Source of the DNA: Eledone cirrhosa
Lineage: Eukaryota
DNA length: 64,000 nucleotides
Direction of reading: 5' to 3'
Assembly: GCA_964016885.1 (NCBI GenBank)
Contig: OZ024743.1
Location: 163,370,001-163,434,000, forward strand
The notes beneath the pieces are model-generated. The model had not been told where the DNA came from and made no database searches. It saw only the letters and a program-made list of their open reading frames with translations. Shown here in pieces: positions 25,753-37,345 of this stretch (the first letter of the stretch is position 1; every line of letters starts with the position of its first letter). The position numbers were made by a program, and so were the translations under genes.

Positions 25753-28479
25753 TTACAGACACATACTCAGAGAAGGCCCATTCATTCGGGCCATACTTGC
25801 TTCTCTCACCCATCTTTCAACAAAATGCTGGGAAGAGAGCACTTCCCTCTCTACCCTGATTTTCCTTTTCAGATGAAATTTGAAAAAGTTAATCAGGGCA
25901 TCACCGAAGAGGTAAGTGCTCGTCTTCAGCCCTTTCAAACGTGTCCACCATACTATCTCTTTCGCCATGGCCACCAGACAGATAAAAACTGCCTGCCCTT
26001 CCTGGCTAAAGGAAGGGGGCGGGGCAATCCTCACGATGGACTCAGCTGATAGCTGGATCCGTCCTACACGTGACAGCAGGTGTTCGACATAAACCCACAA
26101 GTCAGCAATGCTCGGACACTGGACGAGTGCGTGCAGGACGGTTTCGTCGCCCTGCGCGCATCTCGGACATGCCCGGCTGACGGCACCTCCATGCCTGTAG
26201 AGTTTATCCCGAACTGGCAAAGCTCCTCGGTAGCACTGCCAGGCCAGGGATTTCTGGAAGTTGTCCATAGGCCCCGGCCCGAAAGTTCTTCCGAACAGAT
26301 TGGCTAGTTGATTTTCGTCGACGCCTAGAGTTTCTCCAAGTACGTCGTCGCTCTTCCCCTCCACTAATCCCCTATAGAACGCCAAGGTGGAGTTTCCACC
26401 GATCACATTGCCCGATTGGTCAAGGGCTGTGAGCGCCTGAAGACATTCCAGTCTCCAAGCGCTCCCTCTCGGTCTTCGCTTGACCCAGGACTGCAGCTCC
26501 GTCAAGGAGACGAGCTGGGGAAAAACGCGTCTAGCAAACGGCGACCACACCTGATCACCGTCGAGGAAGAGGTGGAGATGTCGTAGCCTGAGCGCGTGTC
26601 TGCGCATCATAAGGCACGGCATGCCCAGCCCTCCACGTAGCGGGTGTTGACAGCAGATGGACCGCCTGACCATCGGAGCGCGTCCCTTCCACAAGAAGCG
26701 AAAGAGCAAACGCTCCAGCGCAGTCAGGCGGGGCTTAGGACAAGGTACGACGGTCAGGCGGTAGTAGTTGACGGATGCGATGTACGCATTCGCCACCTCC
26801 GCTCGACCTTTCAGGGATAGCTTCCTCTCGGCCCATTTCTGGGTGAGAGAAGCCACCCTGCTCGTCACCTCGTCCCAGTTTTTGTCCGTCTGGAGGTCTG
26901 TACCGAACCAGACCCCTAGCAATTTAACCGGTCCGTCCGTCCAGCGCCCGACGACGCTGTTGGACGGCATGGACCTGCCTCTCCAGGTGCCGAGCTGCAG
27001 GCCCACTGACTTTTCCTGGTTGATCATTGCTCCTGTCACCGCTTCGTATTCTCTTAGTGTAGCGCCGATCGCCTCAATGTGTTTGGCGTTCGACACCACT
27101 ATGGTGACATCGTCGGCATATGCTGACACGGATCTTCCGCATCCTAGTTTGCGCGGGACCCCCCTCAACGTCTCCAGTTTGTGCAGTAATGGCTCGAGAG
27201 TCAATACGTACAAGAGGGACGAGAGGGGACATCCTTGGCGGACCGAGCGCATGATGTTGAACGGTTCCGAAAGGTGACCGTTCACTCTCACTACAGAGCA
27301 GATGTCGCTGTGCATGGCAGCGATCCAGCCTCTGAAGACGGGCCCAAAGCCAGCCGCCCTCAGGACTACCGCTAGGTAACGATGGTCGACCCTATCGAAG
27401 GCTTTCGACTGATCTAAATTGATCAAAGACCCACCCGTGCCAGGTTCCCTAGCTACCCTCTCTACGATGTATCGCATGAGGTGGAGGTTGTCGTGGATGG
27501 ATCTGTGAGGAATGGCGCATGTCTGCGCCTCTCCCACCAGACCACCAATGACAAGCTCCCTCTGCTCTATTTTTCTCTATTGCTAAAGTCTTACTAAACC
27601 TAATGGACTCTATTCTAATTGCTCTTTTCAGAGTAAACCACCACTTGTTGTTGACGATGGCCCCCGTCAACGCCCGCTTAACTAGTTCGCTAATCCGGTC
27701 TCTGTAGGCCTTGCGCGTGGTAAGGACGCGTTTAGCTTCCAGTAGCCGGGTCCTCGTCTATGAAGCCTATCTAAGTCAAGCACACAGATCACGAATTTGT
27801 GGTCCGTGTAGCTGACTATCTTGAATTGTGGACAGCCTATGCTAGACCTATCTATTTCCCTACAAAATACTCTATCTAGATATGATCTGGATGACCCTAT
27901 GCGATTTGTCCAAGTCCACATTGGTACATTCGGGAAATCCATTCGGTACCTGTCAGACAGTTCAAAACGTCTGAGCAGGTTGGTGAGACTCTTGCACCCT
28001 CCTTCCCTATCCACTAATCCCACACAATCCCAGCGTGCATCTAAGATCCCGTTCCAGTCGCCCACTAACACTAAAGAGCGGGACGTTCCAAGAAAGGTCT
28101 CCAGACGCCGGAAGAAATCAGGCCGCCCTGCTCCTGTCGGGGCATAGACGGCCACTAACCTGAAAGCTTGCCCGTCTCCACTGGTCATGTCCAGCACCAC
28201 CAACTTACCTTCTGGGTCCAGGAAGATGGCCCGTATGGCAAGATCCAAACCTCTCCGAAAAAGCACAGCAACTCCTCCCCCCGATCCCGGACGGCTGGGA
28301 GATGCGTACACATCGTAGCCGCCGAAGATCGGTGCGAAAGCCTGTGCTTCGGAGATTCTGGTCTCGCTGATGGCCACTACATCTATGTTTAGTGACCTGA
28401 GGTCGTTGAGCAGGTGGCCCTGCTTCCATGACGACCCCAAGCCACGCGCATTTATACTGCCTATTCTGAGTGAGGTCAT
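25753..28479 (-). pseudogene. Tx1 ORF2 (AP endonuclease, RT, C-terminal CCHC), disrupted by a frameshift near 27720 and a ~0.7-kb deletion near 27555
   Basis: IGSINARGL, AISET, LVGDWN, SYLDRV, YTDHK, GYWKLN; LDQSKAFDRV, VRQGCPLS, AYADDV, CPRC..DETVLHALVQC. The segment equivalent to ~3280-3968 is missing. Confidence 0.93.
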
Positions 28480-28513
28480 GTTGAAAAGGAGTGGAAAAGA
28501 TGGGAAAGGCCAC

Positions 28514-30415
28514 TTACCTTACTTCTCGTAGGGGAAGGACGGTTTTTCCATCCTTTTCACTGCTTGTGGCCTCCTCAGGAAGGATGTCCTTATAAATCCT
28601 CCTGGAGAGTGCTTGTCGGAAGTCTCCGATGTCTTTGGGGAATTTTTGTTTTAGTGTCATGTACGTTTTCTGTGTGATGCGAGTGATTTGTATGTGTGGA
28701 GGTGGTGTGAATTTTGGGGTTGTTGTGTAGTCTTTTTCTGTGATGCTGGTGTTGTGTTGGATGTAGTGCAATAATTGCTTGTTGTTCAAATTTAATGCTG
28801 TGTAGTGTGTATCGTTTTGGTTGTTTTGTTTTGTTTGCGTTTGTTGCGGGTTTGTTTCTGTTTCGCATTTTGGTGACTTTTGTGGTGTAGGTGATGGTGT
28901 TGGTGTTTGGGTTGATGCGGTTGGTGATGCTGGTGTGGATGGTGGCATATCTGTCCTAACTTTTTTGTTTCTTAGTTTATTTGTTTCCCTCTGTATTTTG
29001 TTTTTGGAGGGGGAAGGAAGAGAATTTTTTCTTTTTTGGTTTCTTTTTTTTTTTCCGGATATCGTTTCCCACTCCTCGTCGTCACAATCTGTCTCCAGTT
29101 GTGATAGGCCGGGGAGTGGAAAATCCTCCACAGCCGTTAGTTTTGGTTGTGGTGTGGTGGATGGTGTAGGCGCTGGTGCTAGTTCTGAAGCGTTGGGTGG
29201 TGGTGGTGTTGGTTTTGCTGGTGGTGGTAGTGGTGTTGGTTTTGCTACTGTTGCTGGGGTTGTTGCTGTTATAGTTGCTTCTGTTGTTGCTGCTACAGTT
29301 GTTGCTGGCATCTCTGCTACTGGTGGTGTTGATGGTTGTGTCACTGGGGTGGGTAGGAGAGGTGGCCTCAACCTTTTAGCCTGAGGGCAGAAAGCCCTTA
29401 GGTGGGTTCCTTCACCACAAACGACACACCTAGGTCTTCTGCCCTCGACAATTACCGTGAGGTGGCTGCCGTCAGTGAGGTCTATTACCTCTGGGATCTC
29501 CTCAATGCTTTTTTGGTCCGCTTGGATCAGGAGCTCCATCCCAGATCCGGACCAGTTTTCCTGCTTTTCTTTTGCTATTGCTATTATTTTCGTGTTGGCT
29601 TCGATGCCGGCGAGGACGGCCGCTATTAGCCAGGGAATTTCGATGGCCGGTGGAACGTGGGTCACCCTGATCTTTACGAGTCTCTGGCCACAATAGCTTG
29701 GGACGAGTGTGAAGTAGTCACTTTTTAATGGGGCCATTGAGTGTTCTCTAGCCTCATCTGGTGTTTCAAAGAACACATCCACGGTTCCATACTTTTGCCC
29801 ACGTCTGATGTGGGTTTTTCTTGCCCACACATGTCCCAAAGCTTTTTGGATTTGGGACTCGGATGCCCGTTCCACTCGGCGCGATTTTACATTTATTGTT
29901 CTATACGACACGGTGCATAGGCGCCGATGCTCCATTTTATTAGGTGGGGGGGGGGGGGTGAGGCTGACCCTGTACCCATCTTTCTTTACCATTTGTTTGG
30001 CATTTTCTAAATCTTCCTGAGTTACCGTAAATGCTTCGAACTGTTTTGCTACTATGGCGAAACTGAGGGTCGGTTTTATAATGTCATTGTTGTTGTTGTT
30101 GCTATCGTTATTTGTGTTAATATTAATTTTAGTTTCAGTTGTGGTGGTGGTGACGTCAGTCGTCTTTGGTGGGGAAGAGTCCATTTTGCTTGATTTCATT
30201 TCGACATCACGAGTTAATTTATTTTTTTCTTCTTTTGTTTCTGTTGTCGCGGTGGTGGTGGTGGTGGTGGTGGTGGTTGTCGTGGTGGTGGTGGTGGTGG
30301 TGGAGGCTTTAACACCTGCAGTCATTGGTAATGGCGGGAAATGAATGTCTGCCTGAGACAAATTTAAAATATTGCTACTGCTTATATTTTTTTGTGTTGG
30401 CAAACGTAGTAACAT
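28514..30415 (-). CDS. Tx1 ORF1 (Gag-like): poly-T/N tracts, RRM-like core, zinc knuckle CVVCGEGTHLRAFC, Pro/Thr-rich tail, basic KKKRNQKRK. The true start may be the ATG at 30494 with a 1-nt slip in the A7 run at 30387-30393
   Basis: 633-aa open frame with CX2CX4HX4C. The upstream frame MANSPLHEAAESLPHK... joins it if one A is removed. Confidence 0.88.
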   Translation of the reverse strand: MLLRLPTQKNISSSNILNLSQADIHFPPLPMTAGVKASTTTTTTTTTTTTTTTTTATTETKEEKNKLTRDVEMKSSKMDSSPPKTTDVTTTTTETKININTNNDSNNNNNDIIKPTLSFAIVAKQFEAFTVTQEDLENAKQMVKKDGYRVSLTPPPPPNKMEHRRLCTVSYRTINVKSRRVERASESQIQKALGHVWARKTHIRRGQKYGTVDVFFETPDEAREHSMAPLKSDYFTLVPSYCGQRLVKIRVTHVPPAIEIPWLIAAVLAGIEANTKIIAIAKEKQENWSGSGMELLIQADQKSIEEIPEVIDLTDGSHLTVIVEGRRPRCVVCGEGTHLRAFCPQAKRLRPPLLPTPVTQPSTPPVAEMPATTVAATTEATITATTPATVAKPTPLPPPAKPTPPPPNASELAPAPTPSTTPQPKLTAVEDFPLPGLSQLETDCDDEEWETISGKKKRNQKRKNSLPSPSKNKIQRETNKLRNKKVRTDMPPSTPASPTASTQTPTPSPTPQKSPKCETETNPQQTQTKQNNQNDTHYTALNLNNKQLLHYIQHNTSITEKDYTTTPKFTPPPHIQITRITQKTYMTLKQKFPKDIGDFRQALSRRIYKDILPEEATSSEKDGKTVLPLREVR

Positions 30416-30702
30416 TTACAATGGTGGTGTCGGTGTGAGGTGTTATTTTGTGAGGAAGGCTTTCAGCTGCTTCGTGCAGAGGGGAATTAGCCATTTTTTT
30501 TCAAAGAAATTTTTGGATAATAATAAAAGTTAAAATTTTGGGCACAAGGCCCCAATCTTTTTGGGTGTCCTTTTCGGAAAACAATGTATGTGTGCTTATA
30601 AACAGTTAACAATAAAATTTTCCATAAATGGCAATTTTTAACAAACGGAAATAACAAACCTTTGCGGAGCTCACGATGATACGATTTACTACGTAGGTCG
30701 CC

Positions 30703-30795
<93 letters not shown>

Positions 30796-30817
30796 CATTA
30801 TTATTATTATTATTATT

Positions 30818-31738
30818 ACAGCTGCATTTATCTTGCTTTATGTTCATACGAGTTATCACCAAGTCACAACCAGTGACCTCAAGAGACAACAAGGTCCGCC
30901 ATGTTCAAGAAAGAACATACATACTCACACATGCATCTTTAGTGTTTAGACTTGTGATGTACTTATATTGACAGAATCTTCCTTAGTATATGGGCAGTTC
31001 CCATTAGTACTATCTTTTGTATTTCTCCTATACGCGGGTTTCCTGGGATTTGCGATAAGTAATCATTAGACCCCTTAGGTATCATTCCTAGAGCGCCTAC
31101 AACCACTGGTATTGTTTTAGTTCTCAGTTTCCACATTTTTCCAATTTCTATCTCCAGGTCCTTATACTTGCTCAATTTTTCAAATGTTTTTATAGATACA
31201 TTCTTGTCTATTGGAACGGACATATCAATTAGCAGGCATACCCTCTTTTTAAAGTCCTTCAATATTATATCAGGTCTATTTGCATCTATTTTTCGGTCTG
31301 TTTGGATGCTAAAGTTCCACAAGATTGAGATGTGATCTTTTTCAAGTATGAGAGGTGGTTGATGCTCCCACCAATTCTTTTGATGGGGCAGGTCAAAATG
31401 CTTACACATTATCCAATGTATGTATTGTGCAGCTCTGTCATGCCTGTTTAGGTATTCGGTTGGAGCTATAGGACTGCACATTAAAATTATATGGTCAATG
31501 GTCTCTGGTTGTTTTTTACATACACGGCATAATGGGCTGCATCCATTTTTTATTATGTTGGCTTGGTAATTTTTTGTTGGCAGACACTGATCTTGTGCTG
31601 ATATAATCAGTCCTTCAGTCTCCGATTTCAGTCAAGAGGATTCCAACCACTGATGGGTTAAAGTTTTGTCAACATCAGGATTGTTAGCTCGTTCTGGGTA
31701 TTTTCCATACAGAGGCTTTTCTTGCCATTTCTTAGCCA

Positions 31739-31740
<2 letters not shown>
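30818..31740 (-). mobile_element. 5'-truncated RLE-type (R4-like) LINE, young, in a (TAA)n tract
   Basis: ORF 30963-31481: RHD..AQYIHW..C, LWNFSIQTDR.I.ANRPDI, CLLIDMSVP, KYKDLEIEI, PVVVGALG. (TAA)n on both sides. Confidence 0.93.
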
Positions 31741-31788
<48 letters not shown>

Positions 31789-31818
31789 TAGTTGGCCTGT
31801 GTGAAATAAGTTCTCGAT

Positions 31819-32092
31819 GAAAATTAGGTAGTAGCATGCGCTTACACCGTATTTGACTAAATAAAATTACTCTGTTTGTTGCGATTTAAAAAAACCCTTT
31901 GAATGGAAAAAAGGATGAGTAGTGACGTACATAGGACATGAAGCTACGTCTTTGGTTTACTGGACCAGGTAACACATTGAACGTCAATATTCATCCTTTT
32001 TGCCATTCAAAAGGTTTTTTTCTAAATCCCAATTAACAGACTAATTCTTTTTAGTCAAATACAGCGTAAACACATGTTACTACCTAATTTTC
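31819..32092. repeat. Inverted repeat, ~110-bp arms (MITE/foldback-like)
   Basis: GAAAATTAGGTAGTAGCATG...GACGT / ACGTC...CATGTTACTACCTAATTTTC. Confidence 0.85.
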
Positions 32093-32414
32093 AAATTTGC
32101 TGGCTGTTTCTAAAGAAAACCTGCTTTGTGTCTCCCTCTTTATATACATAAGTTCTCAATGATTTACCTGCTCAAATAATTAGTGTAAGCCCATTCTTCC
32201 AAAGCGCGTGGATATTAGCAAATGGCAAAGAGACAATTTTATTTTATAAAAAAAAGCTAAGCACGTGAAGCTTTACAGTGTTCTTAAGGAGTTATATGTC
32301 AGTTTATGTAAAAATGTATTACGTTATTTACCACTGTTGTTCAATGAGTTATACAAATTTCAAATTTAATAAAGCGATATAAAACAAACTAAATTAAACA
32401 TAAATGTGAAGTAA

Positions 32415-32730
32415 TGTTTTTGTGAGTTTTATATCAAATAATAATAATATTCGATTCATTTGCAAGCAAACAGCCTTATTATGTATGATATGTGTTTTAG
32501 ATGACCATCATCGTTCTTTTGTTCTAGAAGTGACACAGAGAATCAATTGACAATAATATTGTCAATTGATTCTCTTGTAATAATATTGTTGATTGTTTCT
32601 CTGTGTCACTGCTAGAACAAAAAGATGGCGATGGTCATTTAAAACACTTAGTGTAATAAGGCTGTTCGTTTGCAAATGAATCGATTATTATTATAAATAG
32701 AAACAATTATTATTTGATATAAAACACACG
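32415..32730. repeat. Palindrome, ~150-bp arms, with a nested internal hairpin
   Basis: TTTTATATCAAATAATAAT..TCGATTCATTTGCAA..GTGACACAGAGAA mirrored at 32595-32725. Inner GAGAATCAATTGACAAT-AAT-ATTGTCAATTGATTCTC. Confidence 0.9.
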
Positions 32731-32754
32731 AATGCATTTACGTACCTGCATTTA

Positions 32755-35700
32755 CGTAAGGAGGTTGATGTTTGCTGTATCCAAGAGACCAGGTGGAGGG
32801 GTGGGTCTGCTAGATTCAATGTGGGTAAAAAACGATGCTATAAGCTTTTCTGGGTGGGAAATGACAATGGGCTGGGTGGGGTAGGAATCATGTTAGCAGA
32901 AAAATGGGTAGATAAGATAATAGACATAAATAGAGTGAACGACAGAATAATTAAAATAAGACTTGTCCTAAATAGAACTACTGTGACAGTAATATCTGCG
33001 TATGCACCCCAATTCGGACTACCTGGCGCTATAAAAGACAGATTCTATGAGAAATTGATGCTCACTACCTCCCAAATAACCGACAGTGACTACATAATTA
33101 TTGCTGGCGACCGAAATGGTCACGTTGGACAACATTGTGACGGCTATGATGAAATCCATGGAGGCTATGGGTTTGGTACTAGAAATGAGGAAGGCTCCAG
33201 AATCCTGGAATTCTGTGACGCAAATAACCTAACTATCTGTAACACTAACTTAAAAAAACGAGACAATCACTTGATCACCTATAGATCAGGGGAACACGCC
33301 AGTCAGATAGATTATATCCTTACCAGAAGACGTGACAGCGTGTCTGTTGTAAACACTAAATCCCTCCCCCATGAAGAATGCACCTCCCAACATAGACTCA
33401 TAGTCAGCGACCTCATAGTCAGGACAAGACGTACTCGACAACAGAGGAGGACTATCCCCAGGAGAAAAATATGGAAGCTAAAGGAACCCACAGCCAGTAA
33501 TAAATTTAAAAGCATATTACTTGATGCTTTCGACAGTAAGGAAGAGCAATTAGAGTCGTACAATATAGAGGAACAGTGGGAATTTCTGAAAGCTAACCTG
33601 CTGAAGGCGGCAGATGAATTCTGTGGCTGGAGCAGGCCTATAGGCAGGAGGAGAGTAACGTGGTGGTGGAACAGTAAGGTGGAGGAGTCAATTAAGGCCA
33701 AAAAGCAGGCTTGGAAAGTATGGCGGGATGGGGGAAGTAGAGAAGACTATCAAGTGGCCAGGAGGGAAGCTAGGAGACAAGTGTACTTCGCAAGAAGGGA
33801 AGCTGAGGAAAGAAAGTTCAAGCATGTTCTACAACGCGAGGACCAAAAACGTGAGGTGTTCAGGATTGCTAGGCAATGTGTCAAGGAAAACCGTGATATT
33901 GTCGGGGAGAAGTGTGTCCTTAATGATGATGGTGTATTTGCCATCACTGACGCTGATAAGAAGGTAGCTTGGAAGTGTCACTACGAAAGGCTACTAAATG
34001 AGGAGAATAAATGGGAGAAAGACAGTCTCCCCCACATCGATCCAATAGAGGGACCAGCAGTGCTAGTTGAAGGTAGTATAATAAGTAAGGCAATGAAAGA
34101 TATGAAGACGGGTAAGGCGGCTGGGCCTTCGGAAATAGTTGCTGAAATGCTGAAAGCATCTGGAACGGTGGGACACACTATGGTCACCCGGATAGTAAAC
34201 CAAGTCATACAGAATGGGGTCGTTCCGAAGGACTGGCATAGCAGCATCATCATTAACTGCTACAAGGGTAAAGGAGACGCCCTAGATAGGAGTAACTATA
34301 GAGGCATTAAATTAATCGACCAGGTCATGAAGGTCACAGAAAAAGTAATAGCGCAACTAATCAGAGAGAGAATTGATCTAGATGAAATGCAGTTCGGGTT
34401 TGTGTCAGGTAAAAGTACCACAGACGTTCTTTTCATTGTACGACAACTACAGGAGAAGTACCTAGCTAAAAGTAAACCCCTATACTTAGCTTTTGTTGAC
34501 TTGGAGAAAGGCTTTGACAGAGTCCCCCGCTCCATTATCTGGTGGGCCCTTAGAAAACTAGGTGTTGATGAATGGCTTGTGAGAGCTATACAAGCCATGT
34601 ATAAAGAAACAGTCAGCAAGGTTAGAATTAACAACGAATATAGTGAAGAGTTTAGCGTAATAGTTGGTGTTCATCAGGGCTCCGTTCTTAGCCCCCTACT
34701 ATTTATTATTGCCCTTCAGGCTATAACAGAGGAGTTCAAGACCGGTTGCCCATGGGAACTCCTATACGCAGATGATCTAACGCTCATGAATCAATGGCTG
34801 AACTAGAGAAGAAATTCCAAACATGGAAGCATGACCTAGAATCAAAAGGCCTTAAAGTTAACTTGTCTAAGACTAAAGTTCTAGTTTGTAGGAAGGAAAA
34901 TAGGGCACCAGTCCCATCTGGGAAATGGCCATGCTCAGTGTGTGGGAGAGGAGTAGGCAGAAACTCCATTTTATGTCCCAAATGCAAAGTATGGGTGCAT
35001 AAAAGATGTAGTGGGAACACAGGTAAGCTAACTAAGAATATAGATTTTATATGTGGCCGGTGCTCTGGTGCAATAAGTAGCTGCAAGTGCCCACAGAATA
35101 CTAGCTCATTCCATTGCACAGATGGTTCTATAGAAATAGTGGACACCTTCCGTTACCTGGGTTACAAAATCAGCAGTGGTGGAGGGTGCTCTGAAAGTAC
35201 AGTAGCTAGAGTCACAACGGGATGGAAAAGGTTCAGAGAGCTTATACCACTATTGGCCGCTAAAGGGTTCTCTCTAAAAATAAAAGGCAGGCTGTATGAT
35301 GCCTGCATACGAACAACAATGTTACATGGCAGTGAGACCTGGGCATTGTGTGCAGAGGATATACGCAGACTGGAGAGGAACGAAGCTTGCATGCTCCGCT
35401 GGATGTGTAATACGTGAACGGCAAAGCATAAACGAACTAAGGGAGAAATTGGGAATAAGAGGGATCAGATGTTGTTTACTCGAGAGAAGACTACGTTGGT
35501 ACGGTCACGTGATGCGCATGAAAGACGACAGCTGTATAAAAAAGTGCAGGGAGTAGGCAGACCCAGAAAAACCTGGGACGATTTGATAAATTCCGACCTC
35601 ACACACTTACACCTCTCCAAGACGATGTCACTGGACCAAGATCTTTGGCGCTATACAGTAATACAGAAGACCCGCCTTGCCTAAGTACAAAGCGAAACCT

Positions 35701-36068
35701 ACAGTCAGTAGGCACCTCTAACAAAAATACACCCCTGTCCCACTACCCCCACCCCATCCACACCACCCCTTCAATGTGAAGTTATGTTGGTACCACAACA
35801 TCCAGTCCGAAACAAACGGGGTCGTGAAGATTTCACGACAAAAAAACACACAGTCTACGATGTAATGTGGCCGTGTAGGTAACACGGTAAAAACTTCCCA
35901 GTCCGCACTGTAAATGTAGTTGGTGTTAGGAAGGGCATCCAGATGTAGAAAACCCGCCAGACAGTCCTATACGAACAAGACAACCAATCTTGCCTCAAGT
36001 GGGAAAACTCCCGTCCAAACCCATGCAAACGTGAAAGATGGACGTTAAACGATGATGATGATGATGAT
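32755..36068 (+). mobile_element. Near-complete RTE-clade LINE (EN-RT, 661-aa ORF; frameshift near 34790; PHD-like Cys finger; (GAT)n tail)
   Basis: ORF 32821-34806 (SAYAPQ, AGD.NGHVG, SQIDYIL, NYRGIKL, YADDL) and ORF 34794-35417 (CSVCGRGVGRNSILCPKCKVWVHKRC..FICGRC). Confidence 0.96.
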
Positions 36069-36420
36069 ACATATATATGTATATCTGACACCTCATTCCT
36101 ACTAATTATCCTACATATGTACACGCGATGTGTACACCAAGTACTAGATTTTAATGAACCCTCCTACGCATCAAGTGCTCAAGTTGGTGAACCAACAATA
36201 ACATAAAGCTTTCATATATGGATTGGCAGTATCAGTAGAGGGCCAGACGCCATGCTTTGCAGCATAGAGTTACGACCTTTGTAGCATAGAGTTACGACCC
36301 TTTAAAGTCTGAGTTCAAATCCCGCCGAGGTTAACTTTGCCTTTCATCATGGGGTTGAAAAGATAAAACACCAGTAATGCACTGGGAAAATTGCTGGCCT
36401 TGTACAAAAAAAATAGAAAC

Positions 36421-36490
<70 letters not shown>

Positions 36491-36924
36491 TAAAAGAGAA
36501 AACACAGGTAAGCATTAAGAGAAGGATTTTATCCGGGTATTTACGACCGTTTCATTGGCAAGTGCAACCTTATATTGCTATACTGCAAATAGCAGCCACT
36601 CAATTATAATTGTTGTTCATGTCCAAATTTTCAAAATAGTGAGTAAGTTACTCTTGAAATAGTTCTTAATATATAGAGAAAAACATTGTTTTGGAATTGT
36701 ATTTACTAGTATAGAGAGAGGGGAAGAGGAATTAGAAGGTGAGGAGACAAACGGAATAGTATAGAGAGAGAGGAAGGGGGAGAAGAGTTAGGAAGTAGAG
36801 TGACAAACTGAGATGGAGGGAGGGGTAGAGGTGGAAGGATTCCTTGATCAGTTTTGATATGTAGACTTCATGTCGTGGAATGTAGTGAGTTAAAGAGAAT
36901 TAAATTGATCATAGTGGGAGGGAG

Positions 36925-36996
<72 letters not shown>

Positions 36997-37317
36997 AGAT
37001 ATAAAGAGATAATTATATATATATAAAAATAAAGATAAAGATAATAATGACAAAAATAAAAGCAAAGAAGGGGAGAGAAAGAAGAAAAGAAAAGATAGCC
37101 AAAAAGGGGAGGAAAGGAAGGAAGAAATAGAAGAGGAATGAAGGAGAAGGGAGGGATATAGGTATTGGTTTTTGTGGGTAATTAAAAGGGTTTAGATACA
37201 ATAAGTGCTTCCCTAACTATATATATATAAGTTAAAAACAAAAAACAAAAACAATAACGAAGAGTGTAGTACAAACAGTGTTAGTATTAGGCTCACGCTT
37301 GAGAGTGGGGGGGGGAT

Positions 37318-37345
37318 GACGTTTCGGGCATAAGCCCTTCATCAG
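37318..37345 (-). ncRNA. Minimal hammerhead ribozyme core motif (Penelope-associated type); stem I poorly paired
   Basis: Minus strand CTGATGA-AGGGC-TTAT-GCCC-GAAAC-GTC. Confidence 0.55.

Larger units (their letters stand above)
25511..30702 (-). mobile_element. Full-length Tx1/L1-clade non-LTR retrotransposon embedded in an (AAT)n microsatellite
   Basis: 5' UTR from 30702; ORF1 and ORF2 (EN-RT-CCHC); AATAAA at 25518-25523; (AAT)n directly on both sides. Confidence 0.95.

Noticed and set aside
28821-30344. Plus-strand Val/Gly-rich ORFs
   Set aside because: Antisense shadows of the low-complexity Tx1 ORF1.
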